Shown here piece by piece: positions 20,344 to 32,213 of a stretch of 64,000 bases of DNA. The notes beneath the pieces were generated by a model. It was not told where the DNA came from, did no database searches, and saw only the letters and a program-made list of their open reading frames with translations. A program made the translations under genes and the position numbers. Source of the DNA: Candidatus Latescibacterota bacterium. Lineage in GTDB: Bacteria; Latescibacterota; UBA2968; GCA-2709665. The stretch is from the NCBI GenBank assembly GCA_965219455.1, contig OZ244744.1, positions 1,824,001 through 1,888,000 of the forward strand. Reading direction: 5' to 3'. Position 1 is the stretch's first letter. Each line of letters starts with the position of its first letter.

Positions 20344-20386
20344 AGTGTATTACTTCCAATATACAGTATAGCAGTGCGAATGTCAA
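20344..20386 (-). promoter_or_regulatory. Sigma70 promoter with overlapping YtrA-type operator
   Basis: Minus strand TTGACA (20386-81), 17 nt, TATATT (20363-58); TGTA-N12-TACA inverted repeat (20365-20346) overlapping the -10. Confidence 0.7.
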
Positions 20387-20456
20387 ACATGCTTTCTTGG
20401 ATGATAATGCTGAAGACGGAGCCGATGTGCTGCATCTCAACTCGCGCTGATTGCCA

Positions 20457-21360
20457 GACGCTCGGGCATGATCCCATGCCGCAGGAGATCCTTCGTCAGC
20501 CTGACGCCTGCCTGTGCCGGGCACGGCAGACAGGGCTTCCTCAGGATGACAATACGGGCCAACGAATGACGGATACATGTAGCGCAAGGTGGTTGCGTCG
20601 CATGTCATTCTGAGCGAAGTCGAAGAATCTCCCGTCTATTCGATTGTCCTAACGCAGAAACGCAGTAAACACATTTGCGCGGACATATCACCGGTTTGAC
20701 GGCCTCCTCAGCATGACAGTACGGGCCAATGAATGACGGATACATGTAGCGCAAGGTGGTTGCGTCGCATGTCATTCTAAGCGCAGTCGAAGCAGGAGCG
20801 GAAGTGCTGCATTTCCGGTCGGAGCGAATCCCGGACGCTCGGGCATGATCCCATGCCGCAGGAGATCCTTCGTCAGCCTGACGCCTGCCTGTGCCGGGCA
20901 CGGCAGACAGGGCTTCCTCAGGATGACAGTACGGGCTAACGAATGCCCGACACATTTCGACAATGTTTATTGCGAAGCATGTCATTCTGAGCGCAGTCGA
21001 AGAATCTCCCGTCTATTCGATTGTCCTAACGCAGAAATGCAGTAAACACATTTGCGCGGACATATCACCGGTTTGACGGCCTCCTCAGCATGACAGTTTG
21101 GGCCGATGAATGACGGCTGCGTTTCGACGATGGTTATTGCAAAGCATGTCATTCTGAGCGTAGTCGAAGCAGGAGCGGAAGTGCTGCATTTCCGGTCGGA
21201 GCGAATCCCGGACGCTCGGGCATGATCCCATGCCGCAGGAGATCCTTCGTCAGCCTGACGGCTTCCTCAGGATGACAGTACGGGCTAACGAATGCCCGAC
21301 ACATTTCGACAATGTTTATTGCAAAGCATGTCATTCTGAGCGAAGTCGAAGAATCTCCCG
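20457..21360. repeat. Array of REP-like long hairpins (TGTCATTCTGAG…CTCAG[G/C]ATGACA) with 377-bp periodicity
   Basis: Left arms at 20603, 20770, 20980, 21147, 21329; right arms end at 20551, 20718, 20928, 21095, 21277; all five linkers are 51 bp. Confidence 0.9.
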
Positions 21361-21540
21361 CTGCATCGATTGTACGTGCAAAAGAAACGTCCGTTAAAGA
21401 ACGCGGGCGGACGCATCGTCAGCGCGACTGGCCCCGCGACCGTACCGCAAACTGCCAGTTTGCGGCACCTGATCAGACGTCCGCGGCGCGCCGGGTACAG
21501 ACAAACTGTATTCCGCAATCTTTAAACCGAGGAGTGGACG

Positions 21541-22653
21541 ATGAAAATGACATCAGTAGACGTGTGGACCGTGGTGGTGCCGACGATCCCTGGGCGGGTG
21601 AACAGCCCCGAATGGGTGCCGAAAGTCGGGTGGGACGAAGTGACCAAGCATATCCTCCGGCTCAATACGGATACCGAGTACTACGGGTTGGGAGAGACGG
21701 GCCGGGGCGTGCCCATCGAAGACGTGCGCGCGGGCGCAGGCCTGGTGCTGGGCAGGGACCCCGAGACGGTGACGCTGCAGAATATCTACGAGTCTCGCAG
21801 CGACGGAACCGAGACGATGCCGGAGGTGGGAACGGGCCCGGCGTATCACGCCCTCGAGGTCGCCGTTTTCGATCTGATCGGCCGGGTGCGCGGACTTCCC
21901 GTGCACGCCCTGCTGGGCGGGGCGGTGCGCGACCGGGTGCGGGCGGATTACTGGATGGGGTCCCAGACGCCTGAGGATGGAAAGGGGACGGTCGCTCGGG
22001 CGCTCGAGTACGGCTTCAAGGGGATCAAGATCAAGTGCAAGATCGAGGAACCGATGGTGGAACGGCTGCGGGCCATCCGGGACGTGGCGGGGCCGGAGTT
22101 CAAGGTCACGGTGGATCCGAACGAGCGGTTTCGCACGGCGGCACAGACGATTGAACTCGCCGGCCAACTCGAGCAACTCGGCAACGTGGAGGTATTCGAA
22201 GATCCGATCCCCAAGTCGGATTTGGAAGGGTACGTGGAGATTCACGAGGCCATCGGTATTCCGGTTGCCATGCATCTGGGAAGCGGGGAGGGGGTGCTGC
22301 GCGCCGTGAAGGCCGGCGTGGTGGATTGCGTCAACCTGGGCGGGAGCATGGCGGGCTTTGCGAAATGCGCCGCCGTTGCGGAGGCGGCCGGGCTGCGCTG
22401 CTGGCACGGTTCCGGGGTGGACCTGGGAATCATGGAATCCTCCTTCGTGCACGCGGTCTCGGTGGTGCCGAACTGCACCATGGCGTCGGACATCGTGGGT
22501 AGCTGGGTGCGGGAGCACAACCTGATCCTGGAGCCGATGGTTTTCGAAGAGGGATTCACGCCGGTTTCCATGGCACCGGGGCTGGGGTGCGAACTGGATA
22601 TTGAAGCGGTAACGCGGTACAGCAGTGCCCATGAGACGATACACGCGCCATAG
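21541..22653 (+). CDS. Mandelate racemase/muconate lactonizing enzyme family (enolase superfamily)
   Basis: GLGE, DLIGR..GLPVHALLGG, KIK, VDPNE, FEDP, PGLGCELD; GAGGAG RBS. Confidence 0.92.
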   Translation: MKMTSVDVWTVVVPTIPGRVNSPEWVPKVGWDEVTKHILRLNTDTEYYGLGETGRGVPIEDVRAGAGLVLGRDPETVTLQNIYESRSDGTETMPEVGTGPAYHALEVAVFDLIGRVRGLPVHALLGGAVRDRVRADYWMGSQTPEDGKGTVARALEYGFKGIKIKCKIEEPMVERLRAIRDVAGPEFKVTVDPNERFRTAAQTIELAGQLEQLGNVEVFEDPIPKSDLEGYVEIHEAIGIPVAMHLGSGEGVLRAVKAGVVDCVNLGGSMAGFAKCAAVAEAAGLRCWHGSGVDLGIMESSFVHAVSVVPNCTMASDIVGSWVREHNLILEPMVFEEGFTPVSMAPGLGCELDIEAVTRYSSAHETIHAP

Positions 22654-22712
22654 CAGATGGGTATGGCATGGATTGGTGTCGCAAGAATGGAAATCCCGCC
22701 GGGTTTTCGGAG

Positions 22713-24839
22713 ATGCGAATGCTTGTATTAGTGGCAATTTACTTGTGGTTGTTAACGGCCCCGGCGCTGGCCGCGCAGGCCGACCCTGCGAAGGTGGATT
22801 CGCTCATTCTGGCATCCACGGATACGACGCTGGAGTGGGAAACGCGCAGGGATCTCGCGAAGCAGGCGATGAAACACGACCGGACGGGAAAGGCCATGCA
22901 CGCGCTCGCGCGATTGAAGCTGGAAAAAGGCACGACGTATTCGCGCCAGCAGGCGCGGTCTCTGTTGACGCGGGCGAGGGAACGCGAACCCGAGAACGCG
23001 GACTATGTTGCAACGTTCGCGGAATTGCTTTGGCGAACCGGACCGAGGTCCGCGTCCTACAAAAAGGCCCGCGAGGCCATTGCGCTGGACCCGGAAAACG
23101 TGCGAGCGCACTATTGGGCGGGGCGGTACGTGGTCTGGTCATGGGAGATGACGTTTTTCACACGCGAGGAAGCAGGGGATGCGATGCGCGTGGCCGGGGA
23201 TGGAGACGTGACCACGGGGCGCACGTTTGCGCAGCGCGGCTATGCGGACATGGAGGTGGACGTCGGGATCGACTATTTGAGCCGCGCTCTGTGGCTGGAT
23301 GCGGATCACTGGCCGTCCCGGGTGCATCTGGGGCTGGCGTACTACATGGCGCGGATGCCGGATGCGTTGATTGCCCTGTTTAAGGACGATATTAAACGAC
23401 ATCCGGGTCGTGCGGACGCCTATTTCTTCATGGGATTGGGACATCAGGCCAAGGGCGACCCCGAAGCGGCCCACCGGGCCTACGTGGACGGCCTGGCGCG
23501 ACTGTCCGACCGGCAACGCCGCTTCATGCAATCGGTGTTCCTGATGCGGGACAAGAAGGCGTGGAAGAAGGGCGAACCCCCGCCGGACGAGGAGGCGATT
23601 CAAAAATTCTGGTTCGGGAAAGATCCGTTGTATTTGAGCGATATAAACGAGCGAATGCTGGAGCAGTGCAGGCGGGTTGCCTACGCGAATCTGCGGTTCG
23701 GCGACCCCATCAACGGGTACGCCGGGTGGGAAACGGACCGGGGACAGGCGTATATCCGATATGGCGACCCGCTCTCGCGGCAAATGTCGCCGGGCGACAT
23801 CGATCTGGGTCTCACCCGAACCATAATGGAAGAAGAGGAGATGCGGAGGCGGAGACCGCGCCCGTCCGGTGGGATTTTCGAATACCATCCTCGAAAGGAT
23901 ACCTGGACGTATGACGGATTCGAGGTGTCCTTCGTCAATACCAATTCGTGGGACTCGTGGCGCTTCGGAACGTCGAAGCTGGGTGGCCGGACGCTTAATT
24001 TCAACGAACTTGTAAAGGCGATCCCGGATTACTATCGCTATCCTTATCAGTACAGCGTCCCTTACCAGATTGCGCAATTCCGGCGCGATGAAGGGAAGAC
24101 AAGCGTGGAGGTGTATTACGCGCTTTCGGGCGATCAGGTCACGCATGAAGTGGTCGGGCCCGGCGTCCGTGCGGTGGACGTGGTGCAGGCGATGTTCCTG
24201 TTTGACGCGGCCTGGGATACGCTGCGGCGCGAGGTCGGCCGCGTGCGAATGATGCCATGGATACAGTACGTGTCCACCAATCGGGGGTATCTGATCGCGA
24301 GCGAGCAGTTGACGCTGGCGCCGGGGGATTATCACCTGGCGGGAGAGGCGGAAGACCAGGCGAACAGGAAAGTGGGTACGTTCAGGGACCCGTTGCGGGT
24401 CAGGCGGTTCAGCCGCGATTCGCTGGAGATCAGCAGCCTGCTGATGGCGCGCCGGATCGTGGAACGCGAGGAATGGCCAATGGAGCGAGCGCGGTATATG
24501 GTGCTCCCCAATCCGCTGGCGGAGTGTTCACGGAACGGAAGTGCGTGGTTTTATTTCGAGGTGTACAACCTGGCGCGCGATTCCTTCGGCGCCACGCATT
24601 ACCGGATTGGTTACCAGACGCAGGTGATTCCGGAGAAGCGACGACTGGAGGATCCGCAGCCGCAGTGGACGACGGCGGTGTCTTATACGTACCGCGGCGG
24701 TCAGGATTGGGAACCCCGGTATCTGCGGGTGGATATGGCCGATACATCGCCGGGGTTGCGCGCGTTCCGGGTGGTCGTTGAGGATTCACTGGCCGGCACG
24801 GCGGCCGAATCGACAACACGTTTTCGCGTGCGGTGGTAG
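22713..24839 (+). CDS. TPR + GWxTD domain protein
   Basis: Signal peptide MRMLVLVAIYLWLLTAPALA; FWFGKDP…NERMLEQCRRVAYAN…GWETDRGQAYIRYGDP. Confidence 0.92.
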   Translation: MRMLVLVAIYLWLLTAPALAAQADPAKVDSLILASTDTTLEWETRRDLAKQAMKHDRTGKAMHALARLKLEKGTTYSRQQARSLLTRAREREPENADYVATFAELLWRTGPRSASYKKAREAIALDPENVRAHYWAGRYVVWSWEMTFFTREEAGDAMRVAGDGDVTTGRTFAQRGYADMEVDVGIDYLSRALWLDADHWPSRVHLGLAYYMARMPDALIALFKDDIKRHPGRADAYFFMGLGHQAKGDPEAAHRAYVDGLARLSDRQRRFMQSVFLMRDKKAWKKGEPPPDEEAIQKFWFGKDPLYLSDINERMLEQCRRVAYANLRFGDPINGYAGWETDRGQAYIRYGDPLSRQMSPGDIDLGLTRTIMEEEEMRRRRPRPSGGIFEYHPRKDTWTYDGFEVSFVNTNSWDSWRFGTSKLGGRTLNFNELVKAIPDYYRYPYQYSVPYQIAQFRRDEGKTSVEVYYALSGDQVTHEVVGPGVRAVDVVQAMFLFDAAWDTLRREVGRVRMMPWIQYVSTNRGYLIASEQLTLAPGDYHLAGEAEDQANRKVGTFRDPLRVRRFSRDSLEISSLLMARRIVEREEWPMERARYMVLPNPLAECSRNGSAWFYFEVYNLARDSFGATHYRIGYQTQVIPEKRRLEDPQPQWTTAVSYTYRGGQDWEPRYLRVDMADTSPGLRAFRVVVEDSLAGTAAESTTRFRVRW

Positions 24840-25003
24840 CCGGCGAAGAACCGACCCACCGGTCTCAGGGTCGACATTCACTCCTGGGGAACCTTTCATT
24901 CCCTTTCAGGGTCTACAATGTGATACGGGATTCGTTCGAAACCGTCCGTAACGGGATACGGTTCACCGGTTTCCCATCCCCACCAATTTACGCGGTGTTC
25001 GTC

Positions 25004-27037
25004 ATGTTGCGTTTTGCACTATTGATCTCGACCATCCTGTGCGTCACCGCGCCCCTGGCGGCCGCCAAGCCGGACGCGTACAAGGTGGCGGCCCTTCTGG
25101 CCTCGGCGGCGGATTCCTCGCTGTCGCACATGAAGCGGGTGTCGCTGATGGAGAGGGCGGTTCGGTACGATCCGTCGGGACGGGCGATGCATGCACTGGC
25201 CAGGCACTATTTGCGCCGCGACACCGTCTTGTCCAGGCGCTTCGCGAGGCAATGGGTGCATAGAGCGATGAAGAGGGAGCCGGAGAACGCCGCTTACGCG
25301 AAAACGATTGCGGAGATTTTCTGGCAGGCGGGATCGCGGGATGCGTTTTACGAGCAGATCCGGCGCGCAATCGCGCTGTCGCCGAATGACGCCGAGGCCC
25401 TATACATGGCCGGACGATACGCCGCCAGGGAGATGATGTACAATCTGGAACGGGAAACCCTGAAGTCCGGTCTGGAACGCAAACGAAGGTTCCATTACGG
25501 AAATTACGGCAGGAGAATGCGGGAGCAGGCGATCGGATATCTGACCCGCACGCTGGAGGTGGATCCGGAACATCGTCCCGCCCGGATTCTGCTGGGCCAG
25601 GTCTACCTTGAAGGACATATGGCCGATCGGCTCGTGGAGCTGTTTGAGGATTATGCGGAACGCCATCCGGAAGACTGGGATGCGTATTTTTTCACGGGCC
25701 TGGGTTATCAGACCAGGGCGAACCTGGACAAAGCCTTCGCCGCCTATACGGAAGGCCTGAACCTGATGTCCGGGCTGGAACAGCAGTTTATCAGGTCGGT
25801 GGTGGTGTTGGCGGATCGGGAGGCGTTGAAAGACGGGGGGGAACTGCCGGACGAAGAGACCCTGCGCCGGTTCTGGACAGGACGGGACCCGTTATTCCTG
25901 ACTCCAGGAAACGAGCGGATGCTGGAACACTGCAGGCGGGTCGCATATGCGAATCTCAGATTTTCCGATCCGGATCGCGGCGTCGAGGGCTGGGAGACGG
26001 ACCGCGGGCAGGTGTACATACGTTATGGACATCCCGACGCGCGGAACATCTATCTGGATCGTATGAATTACGTGTTGCTGCGCGAAACGTGGAACTATCC
26101 GGGGTTCAGCGTGACATTCGAACGCCTGGGGGAAAATGACTGGGACGTGCTGCAGGTTTCGATTCGGGGTACGATGCGAACCAGATATAAGGATCTTCTG
26201 GCACGGGTTCCCGAGTACTACAGCGACCCGTACTGGCTGAAACGGTACGATGCGCCGTTCGAGATCGCGCAGTTCCGCGGAGAGGACGGCAAGACCCGCG
26301 TGGAGCTATATTATGCGCTTTCCGGCGATCAGGTCGCGCACAGGGAGGTCAGTTCCGGCATACAGGCGGTGGATCTGATGCAGGGCCTGTTTCTTTTTGA
26401 CGCAAGGTGGAAGGAAGTCGAAAAGACCATATCTCCTATTCACAGAATGCCGTGGATCGAAGGCAATGCGGTCCGGGATGGGTACCTCTTTTGGGGCGAG
26501 CGGCTATCTGTGGATCCGGGGACGTACCATCTGGCAGTCGAGACGGAGGATCTGACCAAACAGAGTCTTGGCACCCTTCGAGATTCACTGCAGATCAGCC
26601 GGTACGGGAAGGACAGACTGGAGATAAGCGACTTGCTGCTGGCCCAACGGGTTGTCGAACAGGACGATCGCCCGTTCGGCCGGGACCGGTTTATGGTGTT
26701 GCCCAATCCGTTGAAGCAGTGCCAGCGGGACGGCAGTATGTCGTTCTACTTCGAGGTCTATAATCTGAAGCGGGACGAGTTCGGCGCCGCGAGTTACCGG
26801 ATCACTTACCAGACCCGCCTGCTGCCGGAAAAGTGGACGGAAAAAGACGTGGTGATTCCGGAGTGGACGACGGCCGTGACCAACTCATACAGAGAGACGA
26901 GGGATTGGCAGCCGCACTATCTCACCCTGGATATGGACGGGTTGGCGCCCGGACCCTGGGCGTTCAATGTGATCGTGGAGGATTTGCAGGCGGAAAGCCG
27001 GGCGACGAGTTCGGCGGTATTTCGGGTGATGCCCTGA
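25004..27037 (+). CDS. TPR + GWxTD domain protein
   Basis: Signal peptide MLRFALLISTILCVTAPLAA; GWETDRGQVYIRYGHP; close paralog of the upstream gene. Confidence 0.92.
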   Translation: MLRFALLISTILCVTAPLAAAKPDAYKVAALLASAADSSLSHMKRVSLMERAVRYDPSGRAMHALARHYLRRDTVLSRRFARQWVHRAMKREPENAAYAKTIAEIFWQAGSRDAFYEQIRRAIALSPNDAEALYMAGRYAAREMMYNLERETLKSGLERKRRFHYGNYGRRMREQAIGYLTRTLEVDPEHRPARILLGQVYLEGHMADRLVELFEDYAERHPEDWDAYFFTGLGYQTRANLDKAFAAYTEGLNLMSGLEQQFIRSVVVLADREALKDGGELPDEETLRRFWTGRDPLFLTPGNERMLEHCRRVAYANLRFSDPDRGVEGWETDRGQVYIRYGHPDARNIYLDRMNYVLLRETWNYPGFSVTFERLGENDWDVLQVSIRGTMRTRYKDLLARVPEYYSDPYWLKRYDAPFEIAQFRGEDGKTRVELYYALSGDQVAHREVSSGIQAVDLMQGLFLFDARWKEVEKTISPIHRMPWIEGNAVRDGYLFWGERLSVDPGTYHLAVETEDLTKQSLGTLRDSLQISRYGKDRLEISDLLLAQRVVEQDDRPFGRDRFMVLPNPLKQCQRDGSMSFYFEVYNLKRDEFGAASYRITYQTRLLPEKWTEKDVVIPEWTTAVTNSYRETRDWQPHYLTLDMDGLAPGPWAFNVIVEDLQAESRATSSAVFRVMP

Positions 27038-27046
27038 TCGCACGCC

Positions 27047-29026
27047 TTAATAATTGTGCACGCCGTGTCCCTGGCCGGGGAACCAGATGGCGTCCACGAG
27101 GAAGGAGAACGTGATGGCCAGGACATAGCCGGTCAGCAGGCCCAGGAAGGCGGGTTGCCACTTTCGGTAGAGGTTGACGCCGCCGACCTTGAGCAGAATG
27201 GCCTTGATGGCCCAGACGACAAAGATCGAGAAGAACGTGAGCTGGGTGTTCCAGGAGAAGGCAATGGGAAAGGCGATAGGATGAAAGGGCCACCACGGGA
27301 GCCGGTAGTGCAAGAAGGTAAGCAGGGACATCGCGGCGGCGCCCACGCAGAAGACGGCCAGGCGCTCCCAACTGGTATCGAAGGGGCTCCGCATCTGGGT
27401 AACGGTGAGGTCGTAGGCGAAGCGGCCGGCGCTGGAGAAGGGCCAGGCGTTGAAATTGAAGGCGCCGGTTCGGTAACCGAGGTGGATGGTGAGGGCGAAG
27501 TCCGCCGCCAGCCCCACGAGCACGACCAGGGCCAGTGCGGGGACCAGGCGGCGTCGGTTGCGGCGGATGAGGTCCGCTAGTCGAACCACGTGCATAAAGG
27601 GAGACATAAACGTGCCTTTGCCTTGGCAGACAAGGCTGTACGTGAGGCTGACGCCGGACATGCTGGCGGACGAAAGAGAGGTGGTGCCAATCGTGTAGAG
27701 GGCGGCGTACTGTTCGGTCAACGTGGTACGCATGTAGGCCAGACCGGTCTCCGAGACGATACGGGCTATGGAGAGATAATTGACGATCAGCGCGGGCACC
27801 AGCAGCGCGACGAGTTTGCCCTGCATGCCCAGCTGGGCGAAGAAGGCGCAAATGAAGACGAGGCTGCCGATGAGCCCGAACACGGCGGCGCGGTAGGAGA
27901 GCAATTCGCCGGCATCGTCGGCATCCCCCTTTCCGAACGCCCTGGCGAAAACGGCTCTGATATGGGTCCGCGCGGTCCAGAGGTTCCACAGTACCAGCGC
28001 TGCCAGGGCGCCGAAGCCCTGCCAGGCCGTGACTTCGGTTTCGGCCGAGAAATTGAGCGGCTTGCGCGGGATAACGTATCCGATACGGTTTATGATGCCG
28101 TTTTCGAACCAGAAAAAGAGGACAAAGAAGACCCAGATGGAAAACAGGATATTCAGGTTGGCGAAGTACGCGAATCCCGCGGTCAGAAAGTTGATGCGGG
28201 TGTTGACACGCGGAAATCCCTTCGCGAACACGACCCATTTGCCCTGTAACGGGATTTTGGGCACGACTGGCCAGAAATAGTTGAGGACGTTCCAGGTAAT
28301 GGCGCCGAATCCCACCCCGAAGCCACCCCAGAAGAGGCCGCCGCGAAGGGCATCGGGCAGGAAACCGCCGCGCGTCGCACGCGTCAGCGTGGCGCCTACG
28401 GAAGCAAGCGGAAAGACCAGGCGCTCGTCCCGCACCCACTGCTTGCGGAGGATAACCGAAATGCAGAACAGGAGCGCACAAAGGGCAAGCAGGAAGAAAA
28501 TCCAGCTGATGAGAGGAGAAACCCATGCATGGTAAGGCGCCTGCTGCCCATCGGGCAGACCCTCGTAAAACCAGGTCATCGCCTGATTTTCATTCGATGG
28601 CACGGCCCACCCGGGCATGTTGGGATGCAGATAGTTGGCCCACTGGTTCTCCGGGGTGGCGAAATAGTAGACGCCCGAAAGAATGCCCAGAAGAAAACCC
28701 GTGATGCCGGAGGTTGGTATTACGGCGCCTACGAACCCCATGGCCAGGACGGTGAGCAGTTCGGACGATTGGAGCGCGCTGTCAGGCCGGAGGCGGCGGA
28801 CGATCCCGTTGCCGATGACGAGCACGAGGAAGGTGGCGAAGAGGGCGAGGGGGAAGAAGGAGAGTTGCATCCGCGAGGCGTGGATGACGTATTCGGTCGT
28901 TGAAATCCAGAAATTGACGATGAGAACCAGCAGCAGACCGATGGCGACGGCGCGAAACGTCACCGCGTCGGATTTCGGTGCGGCGTGGGACCCGGACTCT
29001 GTCTGAACTGCGGAACTCTGCGCCAT
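27047..29026 (-). CDS. DUF6785/DUF6784-like polytopic membrane protein (putative transporter)
   Basis: YFATPENQW, ILRKQW..ERLVFPLA, WWPFHPI, GG..LYR…P.FLGL..G motifs; two paralogs at 49.8-53.8 kb. Confidence 0.8.
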   Translation of the reverse strand: MAQSSAVQTESGSHAAPKSDAVTFRAVAIGLLLVLIVNFWISTTEYVIHASRMQLSFFPLALFATFLVLVIGNGIVRRLRPDSALQSSELLTVLAMGFVGAVIPTSGITGFLLGILSGVYYFATPENQWANYLHPNMPGWAVPSNENQAMTWFYEGLPDGQQAPYHAWVSPLISWIFFLLALCALLFCISVILRKQWVRDERLVFPLASVGATLTRATRGGFLPDALRGGLFWGGFGVGFGAITWNVLNYFWPVVPKIPLQGKWVVFAKGFPRVNTRINFLTAGFAYFANLNILFSIWVFFVLFFWFENGIINRIGYVIPRKPLNFSAETEVTAWQGFGALAALVLWNLWTARTHIRAVFARAFGKGDADDAGELLSYRAAVFGLIGSLVFICAFFAQLGMQGKLVALLVPALIVNYLSIARIVSETGLAYMRTTLTEQYAALYTIGTTSLSSASMSGVSLTYSLVCQGKGTFMSPFMHVVRLADLIRRNRRRLVPALALVVLVGLAADFALTIHLGYRTGAFNFNAWPFSSAGRFAYDLTVTQMRSPFDTSWERLAVFCVGAAAMSLLTFLHYRLPWWPFHPIAFPIAFSWNTQLTFFSIFVVWAIKAILLKVGGVNLYRKWQPAFLGLLTGYVLAITFSFLVDAIWFPGQGHGVHNY

Positions 29027-29062
29027 TTTTCCCTTTCTGCGGATCCCACCGCCAGAGGTCGG

Positions 29063-29088
29063 GCGCCCACAAGGGACGCCCCTACAAT
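29063..29088 (-). repeat. GTAG-type REP
   Basis: Reverse complement reads GTAG-GGGCGTCCCTTGTGGGCGCCC, i.e. GTAG followed by an imperfect hairpin. Confidence 0.6.
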
Positions 29089-29179
29089 GCGAGGTGGTGG
29101 GATTTTTCGCTAATACGCAGAATCGAGAGCATTTTTCTTGCTCTCGCCTTTATCCAGTCTACTATCCTGTCCATCCATG

Positions 29180-31158
<1,979 letters not shown>

Positions 31159-31159
31159 T

Positions 31160-32122
31160 TTATTCCGGTTCCTTCAGTTTCCAGCCCGGATTCGTGCCCC
31201 GCTGCATGTCCGGCGGAAGGGGTTCCACCAGTCTACCGTAGAGGTCGGGGCGGCGGGCGCGCAGATAGCGGTACCCGGAGGAGACCGGTATTTTATCGGG
31301 CGTGAGCAATCCCACCACCACGTCGTCCTCAAGCGCATCGGACTCGACCAGGATTTCACCAAACGGGTCCAGAATCATCGCATTGCCGTTCTTGACCGTG
31401 TCATGGTCGATGCCAACAGGATTCGTGTACACGGCGTAGACGCCGTTTTCGTAGGCACGGGCCGGCAGCCAGCGCATGAGCCAGCCCCGGCCCTTGGGCC
31501 CGTTGAACTCCTGCCGGAGGGTCACGGGGTCGCGGTGACGGTTCTCCCAGAGGGCGCGGTCGATGACACCCCGGCCCGGCATGGAAGAGGGCAGCCCGCA
31601 GGTGACGTGGGGCATGAAGATGACTTCGGCGCCCATCATGGCGGTAAGGCGCACGTTCTCGGGCAGGTTATTGTCATAACAGATCAGGATGCCTGCGCGG
31701 CAGCCGCAGAGGTCGAAAACAGTGAACGCATCGCCGGAGGCGATGAATTTGCTGATGAAGGCGTGCATTTTGCGATGCTTCGCGACGAAACCGTCGGGAC
31801 CCACGGCGACGCAGGTGTTATACAGGACGTCGTTTTCCGTTTCCACGAGGCCGGCCAGGACGGCAACGTTGTATTCCATGGCGATTTCGATAAGGCGTTT
31901 CGTGGAAGGGCCGCCCGGAACGGATTCGGCCAGTTCGGCAATGCGGGAACGCGGGAGAGTCTGCAGAAACGTGTATCCGGGAATGCAGCATTCGTGGAAG
32001 CAGACGATTTCAGCGCCCTCATCGACGGCCTTCCTCGTGAGGGCGTCGATCCGGGAAAGGTTGTAGCGTTTGTCGGCGTCCCGCGCTTCGAACTGGGCAG
32101 CGCCGATTCTGATGTCGCGCAT
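31160..32122 (-). CDS. Nitrilase/carbon-nitrogen hydrolase family protein
   Basis: E-K-C triad contexts FHEC, HRKMH, LICYD. Confidence 0.92.
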   Translation of the reverse strand: MRDIRIGAAQFEARDADKRYNLSRIDALTRKAVDEGAEIVCFHECCIPGYTFLQTLPRSRIAELAESVPGGPSTKRLIEIAMEYNVAVLAGLVETENDVLYNTCVAVGPDGFVAKHRKMHAFISKFIASGDAFTVFDLCGCRAGILICYDNNLPENVRLTAMMGAEVIFMPHVTCGLPSSMPGRGVIDRALWENRHRDPVTLRQEFNGPKGRGWLMRWLPARAYENGVYAVYTNPVGIDHDTVKNGNAMILDPFGEILVESDALEDDVVVGLLTPDKIPVSSGYRYLRARRPDLYGRLVEPLPPDMQRGTNPGWKLKEPE

Positions 32123-32213
32123 GGAATTTCGATCCTCCGGTCGGGTGCCCGTCTGAATTCGAAATGACGGACTCGGCCTCTCCGGCAACTACACGTGGAT
32201 ACGGGAAAGGGCC

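Noticed and set aside
20457-21360. CRISPR array
   Set aside because: The intervening sequences are themselves repeated, the units are inverted pairs of 116-159 bp, and there are no cas genes in the window.
20058-21518. Short ORFs across the repeat array (e.g. 20605-20985, 20342-20608)
   Set aside because: They are translations of the palindromic repeats (CHPEE/CHSER-type peptides) with no RBS or domain evidence.
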